The notes under the pieces were generated by a model. That model ran no database searches. It saw nothing but the letters and a program-made list of their open reading frames with translations, and was not told where the DNA came from. Shown here piece after piece: positions 14,354 to 29,040 of a DNA stretch of 64,000 bases (positions are counted from its first letter, which is position 1; every line of letters begins with the position of its first letter). Origin of the DNA: Ophelia neglecta (taxonomy: Eukaryota); the NCBI GenBank assembly GCA_965285935.1, contig OZ260661.1:6634001-6698000 (forward strand). Direction: 5' to 3'. Position numbers and translations under genes: made by a program.

Positions 14354-14905
14354 TCTCGACTGCGCATCGGCCACTCACATTATACACATACTCACCTACT
14401 GAGAAGAGAAGACCCACCTTTTTGTGAGGGCTGCCAATGCCAGATAACCATCCAACACATTCTGTTGGAATGCAGCGATTTCGCCGAGGCTAGATACCGT
14501 TTTTATAACGTTAACAGCCTCAAAACCTTATTTGACAAGGTCTGCCCACAGCAGATCCTTGGTTTCTTGAGGTCTATAGATCTCTACTACAAAATATAGT
14601 AGATCTTAAACGTGAAAACCATTTTTTAAATGCGAAAGTTTATGGAACTTTCTTTTATCTATTTATTAAACAACTAACCTTTTATGTTCCTTTACTAAAA
14701 CATTTTAGTCAGAAAAACATCTGACCCACCCACCTAGAAGATTTTTTTATAAAATAGAGCTCAATAACCTCATACTTCTTACGAATATCCCCATGTTAAT
14801 AAACATAGACAGTACAATGAACAATAAACTATACCCAACTTAAGACACTAAATGACCCACATGGTGTCTATGTGTCGTTAAGCCCCAAAAATCCAAAAAT
14901 CCAAA
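14354..14905 (+). mobile_element. 5'-truncated I-clade/Nimb-like LINE (ORF2 C-terminal zinc finger plus 3'UTR)
   Basis: Encodes RLRIGHSH...CEGCQCQITIQHILLEC...LYYKI*. Has a 3' GACAC..GTGTC stem-loop then GTTAAGCCCC and an (AAAATCC)n-type tail. 13-bp TSD TCGTACCTTAGCC at 14341-14353 and 14906-14918. Confidence 0.85.
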
Positions 14906-17900
14906 TCGTACCTTAGCCCATACGTCATCTATACTGTTGTAACCCTGGTCGTAACTTCGGGGTGTCTGCATATTAATTTGTACATATACATGTAAATCAA
15001 TTAATTGGTACATACTCAAGGAAATCAAAAGAGCAGTTATCTGTAAGTCATCATATTAGAGCTGACACCTGTTTACACCTGACGTACTTACCTCCCATGT
15101 TATCTGATCTAGTTAGTCATGTATTGTACACAAGATTTCAGCGTTACTCTGTCTGTCTTACAGCGGAGAATACTACTCTCCTAATATCATATCAAACTGC
15201 CTATCATTAAATAGCTATCCGTTGAGAGGGTATCTAATGTACATGATTAGCAGTTACATAAAATTCCTTTTCTTACCTTTATTGTTGTCCAAGAGCGGGG
15301 CGAGGACCCTTTTGTGTTCTGACCTATTACAAGGTTGAAGGCACAGCGAGCGAGCTTTCTAATTTAGAATTCCATTCTTACGGTGGTGGCGTGATATTTC
15401 ATTTGTAAGGAATTGGTTTATTTTATTATTATCCTTTCTTATATTCTTTTTGGTAACAAGCCAGAATAGAATAACGTTTTTACCCAAAAGTACCAGACAT
15501 TTGCCTACCTTTCTCTTGCTCATTGGTACCTCGGTGGAGGGCCTGTATTAGGGACAGATGCATGGCCCCTGGTATATACCCAATTTAGTGCAGTCCCTGA
15601 TACCTTGGTGGAGAGCCTGTATCTTAAAACAGATGTGAGGAGCCTGGCAGATTCCTGTCAGGCCAAATATCAGTTACTACTTACACGATATCTGTTTAGT
15701 GCTATACTACTTATCCTTGGGTCTTGTTACTCCTCAGGAGCCTAGCCAGTTACTACTCACATCCACTGTCAGCGAGTGGGCTATTGTTAAATATGTATAA
15801 GCTGTGGTTCTTCCCTCAAACCATTGATAGCTTTATACTCGGTTGGTGTTATCTTACTTCATATTAGTGTCTTCCTCCTTAATGGTCTCAAGACACTAAC
15901 ATCAGGACACTTAAAGCAAGTCATCTAGTTCAAGTGATATATGGTACATGGCTGACAGATGTTTAAGCAACAGACTGATGGAACTGTAGATCATTTAAAC
16001 TAGTCAGAGTTCTACACTACCGTATCCATTTACGTACGAAAGTGATTTGTCACCATCCTTCAGATTATTGACCAAATAATTAAAACCAATGTTCCCTCTT
16101 GCTTACCGCCTTGGCATGTCTGTTAAATCCAACACGCCTGCCTTTATCATTACTCGTTTTGTTTTAAGACACAGCCGTCTGTTCTCAGAATATCGTGTCA
16201 ACCAGCCTATCATGTAATAGATCTAATTTGTGAAAATATCAAATGTGCATAATCAACATTTACACTCAAAAGATGTTGAATTTTATCAGAACAGCAAGGT
16301 TTATCTGGGATATTGTAAAGCCTCCCCAAATAGTCTCTGGCTTCTTCTTATAGACCAAAAGATGCACTTCTTATATGCCTTATGCATTGTGGGTCGCTGC
16401 AAGGAGCGCTAGTCTGGGAATTCCCCACGGTGACCTGGTTAAAAAGTCTATCTGAAACCAAATCTGTGTCATAAATCTACGTAGGTAACCTGTGGTACTG
16501 ACTTAGTAAATTAACGAAAAAAATGATAAGGTTTCTCATCACAATCATACACAGATTGTCATGTAGACTTGATATACTTTGATGATCTGGACCATAAGAA
16601 GTTACCATTCAATAGGAAAGTCTCCTACCACGTGTTCACCGCACGTCCAAAGTTTGTAGTAACAGAAGGTCTAGTTCTATGACTGTGAACTGAGCCATTG
16701 ATACGTGCTCCAATGAACGGCCCCTTGGCATGTTTTCCGGCAGAAAGCCCCAAGGTTTGTAAATGTTCCAGCATGTTGTCCAGAGGCAGAGTCTGGCTGT
16801 GTTTCGGTATTAGGCCCCAGGCGCCCCCTGGCAGAAGGCTACTGACTGCCTGTGTACCAGTATTAGGCCCCTGGCGCCCCCTGGCAGAAAGCCTCTGTCT
16901 GCATGTGTTCGGGTATTATTATTCTTACCTTGGTCCCGAAACATCGACACGTTTATTTAAACTCCGAGAATGTGGCCAGCAAGCCATACGTTACAAGGAC
17001 GTCTTCAAACCAGTTACCTGAAAGCATTGACCCTGACGTCTGCAAACACATTACAACCTACTTCCCGTTTAATCATACTTGGGAGTGACTTTAGAGTCTC
17101 CACTAGGAGTCAAGGATCTTGTCCCCAACGTCTTTAAACACACTATAACCAACTAACCATTCATCCATACTACTGAGTTCCTGAAGGGCGTCCACCAGGA
17201 CCTTGTCCCGACTTCTGCAATCACTTCATGAACCTACATTCTTGTTATCAAAGCTGGGGAGTTCCTGGAAAGCGTCCACTAGAACCTTGTCCCCGACTTC
17301 TTCCAACACACAAAAGACCTACTTACCGTTTATTCAGTCCTTGGGAGCTCCTGACTAGGGCCTACAAGAACTTTTTCTCTAGCGTCTCCTTATATCCTAC
17401 TTAGTGTTTATTTAAGCACGGGAGGTCCTGGAGAGCATCCAGCTCTACTGTCCGAAACGGCATCCCTCTTTTCATCTACAGAACAAACCAGTCAAGTGTA
17501 ACCTTCGTACCGAGTGTCAGTGACTAGAGGTTATATGAAAACGTCACTTCTCTTCGTATATATACATATGTATGTTCTTACCTTAGCCCCTACGTCACCT
17601 ATACTGTTGTTATCCAGGTCTTAACCTCGGAGTATTGTCTTCATATTAATTGGTACATATACAAGGAAATCAAAAGAGCAGTTATCTGTAAGTCATCATA
17701 TTAGAGCTTACACCTGTTTACATCTGACGTACTTACATCCCATGTTATCTGATCTGGTTAGTCAGGTATTGTACACAAGATTTCAGCGTTACTCTGTCTG
17801 TCTTACAGCGGAGAATACTACTCTCCTAATATCATGTCAAACTGCCTATCATTAAATAGCTATACGTTGAGAGAGTATCTAATGCTCATGATAAGCAGTT

Positions 17901-20900
17901 ACATAAAATTCCTTTTCTTACCTTTATTGCTCTCCAGGTGCGGGACGAGGACCCTTCTGTGTTCTGGCCTATTACAAGTTACATTACTTGTATCCATAAA
18001 TGTCCTTCCATCCTGGTTTTTTTGCGCAGAAGTCTTTTATTTGCCTCCAGGAGTGGAGTGAGGACCCTTCTGTATTCCCCGTACCCATCTACTGACCTAA
18101 TACAAGCAAGGGGTAGGGCATGTGGACAGATTATTCAGCCGTTTTATCCATATAAGCCCTAACATCTTCTTTTTCTTACCAAGCCAAGTCATTCACTTCT
18201 CTCCAGGAGCGGAACGAGGACACTTCTGTTTTCGCCGTACTTAGCTACTCATCTTATACAAGGCTGAATACACTGCAAGGTTAACTTATGACTGAGAATT
18301 CCTTTTTAATGTTTGTTGGGTACATTAATTAATAAGAATTGGTTTTGTTCAATTTAGGGACTTTCTTACATTCTCTTTTGTAATTAATTCAGGAAAGAAC
18401 AGCGGCTTTTATTTATTTCAATTGCGCCAGCCCTCATTTATTCATCACACCGATCGGGTTCTACCTGGAAGTTGCCGACACCTACTTCCCTTCCCCCTCA
18501 CTCGCGCCACTTCTTTACCATAAAAAGTGAACGAGCAGCATTCGGTTCTGTTTTCAATAAAAGAAATAAAAATTTGTTGTTGTGGAAGCTTGTTGCTTGT
18601 CATACAGATCCTTCAATTTTGTATTTAATCCAGCACCAATGAACAGACCTGCGTACAGCACAAATTAACCCCTGGCGTCCCCTGGCGCCCCTGGCGTCCT
18701 CTGGCGCCCCCTGACGTCCCCTGGCGTCCCCTGTCGCCTGGCGCCCATGTTGGAAGGCTACTGCCGGCATGTTTTCCGATATTATCACTTTTACCTTGGT
18801 CCCGGTACATCGAAACGTATATTTTCTTACCTAAGCCATGTGTCACCGAGACTGTTATTGTCCAGGTATATAGGCTAAGATTGTGGTCAGCGAACCAAAC
18901 GTTACATTAAAAAGGACGCCTACGGACCAGTTATCAGAAAGTCATATAATCTGAGCTTTGGAACTCATTAACAAGACTGTATGCAACTCTAGAAATGCAT
19001 ACCTGTCTGTGTCTAAGGGAGTGACTTATGTATCTATCATATTACAATAATACCCACCGCGATAATGTTCCCACCTTTCCCAAGTTAGTTAACAAGGTAT
19101 CCATCTTATATAATATACCTATCTATTTGATCCGTTGGAGTTCCCCGAGGGAGGGGACCGCAAAGTCCTAAACCTCGACATCTTCAAACGCGATTTGAAC
19201 CTACTGACCGTGTATCCATGGTACTGAGCTCCTGAAGAGCATCCACCAGGACCTTGACGCTGACGTCTGCAAACACATTACAACCTACTTACTGTTTATT
19301 CATACTTGGGAGTGACTTTAGGGTCTCCACTAGGAGTCAAGGACCTTGTCGCAAAACATCTTTAAACACACTATAACCAACTCACCATTCATCCATGTAC
19401 GGAGTTCCAGAAGGGCGTCCACCAGGACCTTGTCCCGACTTCTGCAATCACTTCATGAACCGACTTACTTTTTATCCAAGCTGGGGAGTTCCTGGAAAGC
19501 GTCCACTTGGACCTTTTCCCCGACTTCTTCCAACACGCAAAGGACCTACTTACCATTTATTCAGTTCTGGGCAGCTCCTGACCAGGCCCACGAGATTTAC
19601 GAACATCCATCATATTATTGAATAAATAATTAAATACCCAAGTTCGACCTTACTTACCTCCTTGGCATGTCTCTTAGGTCTAATGCGCCTCCCTTCCCCG
19701 CTAGTCGTTTTTTCTTACAACAGAGAACTTTATTGTCAGAATATCGTGTCAACCAGCCTATCATGTAATAAATATAAAATAGAATATCCAGTGTGCATAA
19801 TTACCATTAACACCAAAACCAGGTTTAATATTAATTATCTCTAAACGTATAAAATATACCTCGTTTTTACTCTAGGGTGAGCCCTGAAGCCGTCTGCCAG
19901 GACTGTGTCCCCAGATACTTCCATATTGATATAAATATTATTAGTGTGTTAGGCATTACGCCCCTGGCGCCCCCTGGCAGACAGTTACTGTGTCCTCGAC
20001 TTCTTCCAACACGCAAAAGACCTACTTACCGTTTATACAGCCTTGGAAGCTTGTGGCCAGGGCCCAAGAAAACCTTTGCTCCAGCGTCACCAAACACCTT
20101 ATATCCTTAATTTTATTATTGTTATAAATATACTAATTGTTTAATCCTTGGAGGCCGTCACCAGGACTTTTATCTCGAAGGTGCCTATCAGTCATGTGAA
20201 ACCTACTAACCAGGTCTCTATCTCCCGTTATCCCCTGTAGGTGGCCACCAGTCTGTGGTTTCCCGTATGGTTTCTTCCCATCTGTGTAAAAGGCCAATTA
20301 TCATGACACTACAATGTGAAATGAGGGTCCCTTCTCCTCTCACGACATCGTCAGAAGCTTACTTACCATTATAGTGATCATTGGATGCAGAATGCTACTG
20401 TCTGCAGGTGTTCCGGTATTAGGCCCCTGGCGCCACCTGGCAGAGGGCTACTTTCTGCATGGGTTCCAGTATTACCCCTGCCGCCCCTGAGGGTCCCTTC
20501 TCCTCCCACGACATCGTCAGAAGCTTACTTACCATTAAAGTGCCCATTGTATAGAGAATGCTACTGTCTGCCTGTGTTCCGGTATTAGGCCCCTGGCGCC
20601 CCCTGGCAGAAGGCTACTGTCTGCATGGGTTCCGGTATAAGGCCCCTGGCGCCCCCTTGCAGAAGGCTACTGTCTGCATGTGTTCCGGCATTAGGCCCCT
20701 GCCGCCCCCTGGCAGAATGCTACTGTCTGCCCGTGTTCCGGTATTATTATTCTTACCTTGGTCCCGATACATCAACACGTTTATTTTGTTTACCTTAGCC
20801 AAGCGTCACCAATACTTTTATTGTGCAGATCTAAACGCCGAGAACGTTGTTTTCAAACCATACGTTACAAGGACGTCTACAGACCAGTTACCTGAAAGTC

Positions 20901-22518
20901 ATCTAATTTGAATGTTTGTACACATTAACAAGACTGTATTCAACTCTAGAAATGCTCACCTGTCAGTGTCTAAAGGATTGACTTATGTATCTATCATATT
21001 ACAATAATACCCACCACGATAATGTTCCCACCTTTCCCAAGTTAGTTAACACGGTATCCATCTTATACATAATACCTATCTATTTGATCCGTGGGAGTTC
21101 CCCGAGGGAGGGGACCACCAAGACCTAAACCCAGACATCTTCAAACGCGTTATGAACCTACTGACCGTGTATCCATGGTACTGAGTTCCTGAAGAGCATC
21201 CACCAGGACCTTGACCCTGACGTCTGCAAACACATTACAACTTACTTACCGTTTATTCATACTTGGGAGTGACTTTAGAGTCTCCACTAGGAGTCAAGGA
21301 CCTTGTCGCAAAACATCTTTAAACACACTATAATCAACTCACCATTCATCCATGTACGGAGTTCCTGAAGGGCGTCCACCAGGACCTTGTCCCGAGTTCT
21401 GCAAGCACTTCATGAACCGACTTACTTTTTATCCAAGCTGGGGAGTTCCTGGAAAGCGTCCACTTGGACCTTGTTCCCGACTTCTTCCAACACGCAAAGG
21501 ACCTACTTACCGTTTATTCAGTTCTGGGCAGCTCCTGACCAGGCCCACGAGATTTACGAACATCCATCATATTATTGAATAAATAATTAAATACCCAAGT
21601 TCGACCTTACTTGCCTCCTTGGCATGTCTCTTAGGTCCGATGTGCCTCCTTTCCCCGCTAGACGTTTTGTCTTACAACAGGGAAGTTTACTCTCAGAATA
21701 TCGTGTCAACCAGCCTATCATGTAATAGATATAAAATAGAATATCCAATGTCCATAATTACCACTTACACATAAATGAGGTTTAATATGATTTATCTCTA
21801 AACGTATAAAATATACCTCGTTTTTACTCTAGGGTGACCCCTGAAGCCGTTTGCCAGGATAGTGTCCTCAGGTCCTTCTATATTGATATAAATATTATAA
21901 CTGCTTTAGGCATTACGCCCCTGGCGCCCCCTGGCAGAAAGTTACTGTGTCCTCGACTTCTTCCAACACGCAAAGGACCTACATACCGTTTATACAGCCC
22001 TGGAAGCTCGTGGCCAGGGCCCACGAAAACCTTTTCTCCAGCGTCTCCAAATATCTTATATCCTTAATTTTATTATTGTTATAAATATACTAATTGTTTT
22101 ATCCTTGGAGGCCGTCACCAGGACTTTTGTCTCGGAAGGTACCCATCAGTCCTGTGAAACATTGTAAAATGAGGGTCCCTTCTATCATGACATCGTCAGA
22201 AGCTTACTTACCATTACAGTGACCATTGGAGGCAGAATGCTACTGTCTGTCTGTGTTCCGGTATTAGGCCCCTGTCGCCCCCTGGCAGAGGGCTACTGTC
22301 TGCATGTGTTCGGGTATTATTATTCTTACCTTGGTCCCGAAACATCGACACGTTTATTATTTTACCTTAGCCATGCCTCACCAATACTTTTATTGTGCAG
22401 ATATAAACACCGAGAATGTTGCCTTCAAACCATACGTTACAAGGACGTCTACAGACCAGTTTCCTGAAAGTCATCTAAATGAATTTTTGTACACATTAAC
22501 AAGACTGTATGCAACTCT

Positions 22519-22978
22519 TGCATTTGCCTGCTACCATATTTAAATTTAGAGACACAAAATTTACCAATCAGGATGAAATAATTCATCAGCGATGTGTCAT
22601 TACTACATGTAATACCCATAATAACATTCTTTTCTGAAATTTGGTGAACCAAATTGCTAAATTTTTGCATATCCGCTAACACCAAGTCCCATACTATTTT
22701 AATTGAGTCACAGTTGAACAAGAAGTTTTCAATAGTATCCAGCTCAGAGCAGATGCTACAGTTCCTAGTTGTTCTTACACCCATCTTGAATAATAAGATA
22801 TTTGTCGGGTAGATATGCATTAAAACTCTCCAATGAAGCTCAATTAATCTAGCCTCCCCTCTACAAGCACGGGCAGCGATAAGAAAAGTTTCTTCACATG
22901 TAGCCACTTCCCCATATTTGATAAACCAGTATTTTGGTAGGAGTACACGTTAGCTTTAAAATTTCCCCTTTGATTAGT
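22519..22978 (-). mobile_element. L1/Tx1-like LINE ORF2 C-terminal fragment (zf-RVT-like region)
   Basis: Encodes LHWRVLMHIYPTNILLFKMG..CSIC..DTIENFLFNC..W..ILIGKFCVSKFKY; no TSD seen. Confidence 0.7.
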
Positions 22979-23487
22979 TAGCAAGTTATCTACTCCAAGT
23001 GATATATGGTACATGGCTGAGAGATGTTTAAGCAACAGACAGATGGAATTGTTCGGATCATTAAACTAGTCACAGTTTTACACTACCATATCCATCTACG
23101 TACGAAAAGGATTTGTCATCATCGATCATATTATTGAGTAAATAATTAAATACCAAAATTCGATCTTACTTTCCTCCTGCTAAGTCTAACACGCCGGCCT
23201 TTATCACTACTCGTTTTGTCTTACAACAGAGAAGTTTAATGTCAGAATATCATGTCAACCATCCTATCATGTAATAGATATAAGGTGAGAGAATATCCAA
23301 TATGCATAATTACCATTAACACAAAAACGAGGTTTAATATTATCAATCTCTAAACGTATAAAACATACTTCGGTTTTACTCTAGGGTGAGCCCTGAAGCC
23401 GTCTGCCAGGATTGTGTCCCCAGGTCCTTCTATATTGATATAAATAATCTTACTGTTGTATCCAGGGAGGCTGTAGCCAGGACCTTA

Positions 23488-23723
23488 TCCCTTGGTGTCC
23501 CCGAATGAGTCCCTTGTGTCCCCGAATGAGTCCCTTGGTGTCCCCGAATGCTTGGTCTCCCCGAATGAGTCGTTTGGTGTCCCCGAATGAGTCCCTTGGT
23601 GTCCCCGAATGAGTCCCTTGGTGTCCCCGAATGAGTCCCTTGGTGTCCCCGAAGGAGTCCCTTGGTGTCCCGAATGAGTCCCTTGGTGTCCCCGAATGAG
23701 TCCCTTGGTGTCCCCGGATGAGT
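23488..23723. repeat. 22-bp minisatellite, ~11 copies
   Basis: Same unit; a few copies carry deletions. Confidence 0.95.
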
Positions 23724-24570
23724 AAGGCACATGGACCGGGTCGGACTATTCACCACTTGTATGCATAAATGTCCTACCATATTGGTTTTCTTGCTCAGAA
23801 GTCTTTTATTTGCCTCCAGGGGTGGAGTGAGGACCCTTCTGTATTCCCCGTACCCATCTACTGACCTAATACAAGGAAGGGGTAGGGCATGTGGACAGAT
23901 TATTCAGCCGTTTTATCCATATTAGCCCTAACATCTTCCTTTTCTTACCAAGCCAAGTCATTCACTCCTCTCCAGGAGCGGAACGAGGACACTTCTTTTT
24001 TCGCCGTATCTTATACAAGGCTGAATACACTGCAAGGTAGACTTATGACTGAGAATTCCGTTTTAATGTTTGTGGGGTTCATAATTAATTAATAAGGATT
24101 GGTTTTGTACAATTTAGGGACTTTCTTACATTCTCTTTTGTAACAAATTCAGGAAAGAACAGCGGCTTTTATTTATTTCAATTGCGCCAGCCCTCATTTA
24201 TTCATCACACCAATCGGGTTCTACCTGGAAGTTGCCGACACCTACTTCCCTTCCCCCTCACTCGCGCCACTTCTTTACCATAGAAAGTGAACAAGCAGCA
24301 TTCGGTTCTGTTTTCAATAAAAGAAAAAAAATGTTGTTGTTGTGGAAGCTTGTTGCTTGTCATACAGATCCTTGAATTTTGTATTTAATCCAGCACCAAT
24401 GAACAGACCTTCTACAAACAGCACAATATTAACCCCTGGCGCCCCCTGGCGTCCCCTGGCATCTCCTGGCGCCCATGTTGGAAGGCTACTGCCGGCATGT
24501 TTTCCGGTATTATCACTTTTACCTTGGTCCCATTACAGCGAAACGGGTATTTTCTTACCTAAGCCATGTG

Positions 24571-25194
24571 CTATCTGCCCCACCATACCGAAATCATTTC
24601 GACAGCCTCTTGCCTCGCGGAGGGACGACTTGATCATTTCTCGTCTGCGCATCGGCCACTCACATTTTACACACACTCATCTTCTGAGAAGAGAGGACCC
24701 ACCTTTTTGTGAGGGCTGCCAATGCCAGATTACCATCCAACACATTCTGTTGGAATGTAGCGATTTCGCCGAGGCTAGGTAACATTTTTATAACGTTAAC
24801 AGCCTCAAAACCTTATTTGACAAGATCTGCCCACAGCAGCTCCTTAATTTCTTTAAATCTATATATCTCTACTACAAAATGTAGTAGACCTAAAACGTGG
24901 AAACCAATTTTAATGTGCGAAAGTTTATGGAACTTTCATTTATCTATTTATTGAACAACTAACCTTTTACCTTCCTTTACTAACACATTTTAGTCAGAAA
25001 AACATCTGACCCATCCACCTAGAATTTTTTGTAAAATAGAGCTCAATAACCGCTTACTTCTTACTATTATCCCCATGTAAATAAAAATAGACAGTACAAT
25101 AAACGATTAACTATACCCAACTTAAGACACTAAATGACCCACATGGTGTCTATGTGTCGTTAAGCCCCAAAAATCCAAAAATCCAAATCCCAAT
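24571..25194 (+). mobile_element. 5'-truncated I-clade/Nimb-like LINE, second independent insertion
   Basis: Same family as 14354-14905 with a longer 5' end (PTIPKSFRQPLASRRDDLIISRLRIGH) and a premature stop. 13-bp TSD CCTAAGCCATGTG at 24558-24570 and 25195-25207. Confidence 0.85.
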
Positions 25195-28009
25195 CCTAAG
25201 CCATGTGTCACCGAGACTGTTATTGTCCAGGTATATGCGCTAAGAATGTGGTCAGCGAACCAAACGTTACAGTAAAAGATCAGTTATCAAAAAGTCATAT
25301 AATCTGAGCTTTTGAACTCATTAACAAGACTGTATGCACCTCAAGAAATGCATACCTGTCTGTGTTTAAGGGAGTGACTTATGTATCTATCCTATTTCAA
25401 TAATACCCACCGCGATAATAATCCCACCTTTCCCAAGTTAGTTAACCTGGTATCCATTTTATATAATATACCTATCTATTTAATCCGTGGGAGTTCCCCG
25501 AGGGAGGGGACCACCAAGACCTAAACCATGACATCTTCAAACGCGTTATGAACCTACTGACCGTGTATCCATGGTACGGAGTTCCTGAAGAGCATCCACC
25601 AGGACCTTGACCCTTACGTCTGCAAACACATTACAACCTACTTACTGTTTATTCATACTTGGGAGTGACCTAGGGCGCCCCCTGGCAGAAAGTTACTGTG
25701 TCCTCGACTTCTTCCAACACGCAAAGGACCTACTTACCGTTTATTCAGCCCTGGAAGCTCGTGGCCAGGGCCCATGAAAACCTTTTCTCCAGCGTCTCCA
25801 AACACCTTAAATCCTTAATTTTTATTATTGTTATAAATATACTAATTGTTTTATCCTTGGAGGCCTTCACCAGGACTTTTTTTCTCAAAGGTGCCCATCA
25901 GTCCTGTGAAACCTACTAACCAGGTCTCTATCTCCCGTTATCCCCTGTAGGTGTCCACCAGTCTGTGGTTTCCCTTATTATTTCTTCCCATATGTGTAAA
26001 AGGCCAATTATCATGACACTACATTGTAAAACGAGGGTGCCTTCTCCTCTCACGACATCGTCAGAAGCTTACTTACCATTAAAGTGCCCATTGTATGAAG
26101 AATGCTACTGTCTGCCTGTTTTCCGGTATTAGGCCCCTGGCGCCCCCTGGCAGAAGGCTACTGTATGTCTGTGTTCCAGTATTAGGCCCCTGGCGCCCCC
26201 TGGCAGAAGGCTACTGTCTGCATGTGTTCCGGTATTATTATTCTTACCTTGGTCCCGATACATCGACACGTGTATTATTTTACCTTAGCCAAGCGTCACA
26301 AATACTTTTATTGTGCAGATATAAACACCGAGAATGTTGCCTTCAAACCATACGTTACAAGGACGTCTACAGACCAGTTACCTGAAAGTCATCTAATTTG
26401 AATGTTTGTACACATTATCAAGACTTTATGCAATTCTAGAAATGCATACCTGTCTGTGTTTAAGGGAGTGACTTATGTATCTATCATATTACAATAAAAC
26501 CCACCGTGATAATGTTCCCACCTTTGCCAGGTTAGTTAACACGGTATCCATCTTATATAATATACCTATCTATTTGATCCGTGGGAGTTCCCCGAGGGAG
26601 GGGACCACCTAGACCTAAACCCCGACATCTTCAAACGCGTTATGAACCTACTGACCGTGTATCCATGGTACGGAGGTCCTGAAGAGCATCCACCAGGACC
26701 TTGACCCTTACGTCTGCAAACACATTACAACCTACTTACTGTTTATTCATACTTGGGAGTGACTTTAGAGTCTCCACTAGGAGTCAAGGACCTTGTCGCA
26801 AAACATCTTTAAACACACTATAATCAAATCACCATTCATCCTTGTACGGAGTTCCTGAAGGGCGTCCACCAGGACCTTGTCCCGACTTCTGCAAGCACTT
26901 CATGAACCGACTTACTTTTTATCCAAGCTGGGGAGTTCCTGGAAAGCGTCCACTTGGACCTTGTCCCCGACTTCTTCCAACACGCAAAGGACCTACTTAC
27001 CGTCTATTCAGTTCTGGGCAGCTCCTGACCAGGCCCACGAGATTTACGAACATCCATCATATTATTGGATAAATAATTAAATGCCCAAGTTCGACCTTAC
27101 TTACCTCCTTGGCATGTCTCTTAGGTCCAATGTGCCTCCCTTCCCCGCTAGTCGTTTTGTCTTACAACAGGGAAGTTTACTCTCAGAATATCGTGTCAAC
27201 CAGCCTATCATGTAATAGATATAAAATAGAATATCCAATGTCCATAATTACCACTTACACATAAATGAGCTTTAATATTATTTATCTCTAAACGTATAAA
27301 ATATACCTCGTTTTTACTCTAGGGTGACCCCATAAGCGGTCTGCCAGGATTGTGTCCCCAAGTCCATCTATATTGATATAAATATTATTACTGCTTTAGG
27401 CATTACGCCCCTGGAGCCCCCTGGCAGTAATTTACTGTGTCCTCGACTTCTTCCAACACGCAAAGGACCTTCTTACCGTTTATACAGCCCTGGAAGCTCG
27501 TGGCCAGGGCCCACGAAAACCTTTTCTCCAGCGTCTCCAAACATCTTATATCCTTAATTTTATTATTGTTATAAATATACTAATTGTTTTATCCTTGGAG
27601 GCCGTCACCAGGACTTTTATCTCGAAAGGTACCCATCAGTCCTGTGAAACATTGTAAAATGAGGGTCCCTTCTATCATGACATCCTCAGAAGCTTACTTA
27701 CCATTATAGTGACCATTGGAGGCAGAATGCTACTGTCTGTCTGTGTTCCGGTATTAGGCCCCTGTCGCCCCCCTGGCCGAAAGCTACTGTCTGCATGTGT
27801 TCGGGTATTATTATTCTTACCTTGGTCCCGAAACATCGACACGTTTATTATTTTACCTTAGCCATGCCTCACCAATACTTTTATCGTGCAGATATAAACA
27901 CCGAGAATGTTGCCTTCAAACCATACGTTACAAGGACGTCTACAGACCAGTTTCCTGAAAGTCATCTAAATGAATTTTTGTACACATTAACAAGACTGTA
28001 TGCAGATCT

Positions 28010-28480
28010 TGCATTTGCCTGCTACCATATTTAAATTTAGAGACACAAAGTTTACCAATCGGGATCAAATAATTTATCAGCGATGTGTCATTACTACATG
28101 TAATACCAATAATAACATTCTTTTCTGAAATTTGGTGAACCAAATTGCTAAATTTTTGCATATCCGCTAACACCAAGTCCCATACTATTTTAATTGAATC
28201 ACAATTGAAAAAGAAGTGTTCAATAGTAACCAGCTCGGAGCAGGTGCTACAGTTCCTGGTTGTTCTTACACCCATCTTGAATAATGAGATATTTGTCGGG
28301 TAGATATGCATTAAAATTTACCAATGAAGCTCAATTAATCTAGCCTCCCCTCTACAAGCACGGGCAGCGATAAGAAAAGTTTCTTCACAGGTAGCCACTT
28401 CCCCATATTTGATAAACCAGTATTTTGGTAGGAGTACACCAGGTTCAGTGGTTAGCTTTAAAATTTCCCCTTTGATTAGT
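28010..28480 (-). mobile_element. Duplicate of the L1/Tx1-like fragment at 22519-22978
   Basis: Near-identical sequence with the same flanks, offset ~5490 bp. Confidence 0.7.
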
Positions 28481-29040
28481 TAGCAAGTTATCTACTCCAA
28501 GAGATATATGGTACATGGCTGAGAGATGTTTAAACAACGTACAGATGGAATTGTTCGGATCATAAAACTAGTCACAGTTTTACACTACCATATCCATCTA
28601 CGTACGAAAAGGATTTGTCATCATCGATCATATTATTGAATAAATAATTAAATACCAAAATTCGATCTTACTTACCTCCTGCTAAGTCTAACACGCCGGC
28701 CTTTATCACCACTCGTTTTGTCTTACAACAGAGAAGTTTAATGTCAGAATATCGTGTCAACCAGCCTATCATGTAATAGATATAAAATAGAATATCCAAT
28801 GTGCATAATTACCATTAACACAAAAACGAGGTTTAATATTAATTATCTCTAAACGTATAAAACATACTTCGGTTTTACTCTAGGGTGAGCCCTGAAGCCG
28901 TCTGCCAGGACTGTGTCCCCAGGTCCTTCCTAATTGATATAAATAATCTTACTGTTGTATCCAGGGAGGCTGTAGCCAGGACCTTATCCCAACGTCCACA
29001 ATCTTGTTATAAACAGAACCAACCAGCTTAACCTCCGTAC

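Noticed and set aside
23443-23490. KVLATASLDTTVRLF looks like a WD40 repeat
   Set aside because: Isolated, and in the paralog at ~28945-29011 it follows YNKIVDVG, so it is the KVLAxAL part of a fossil LRR
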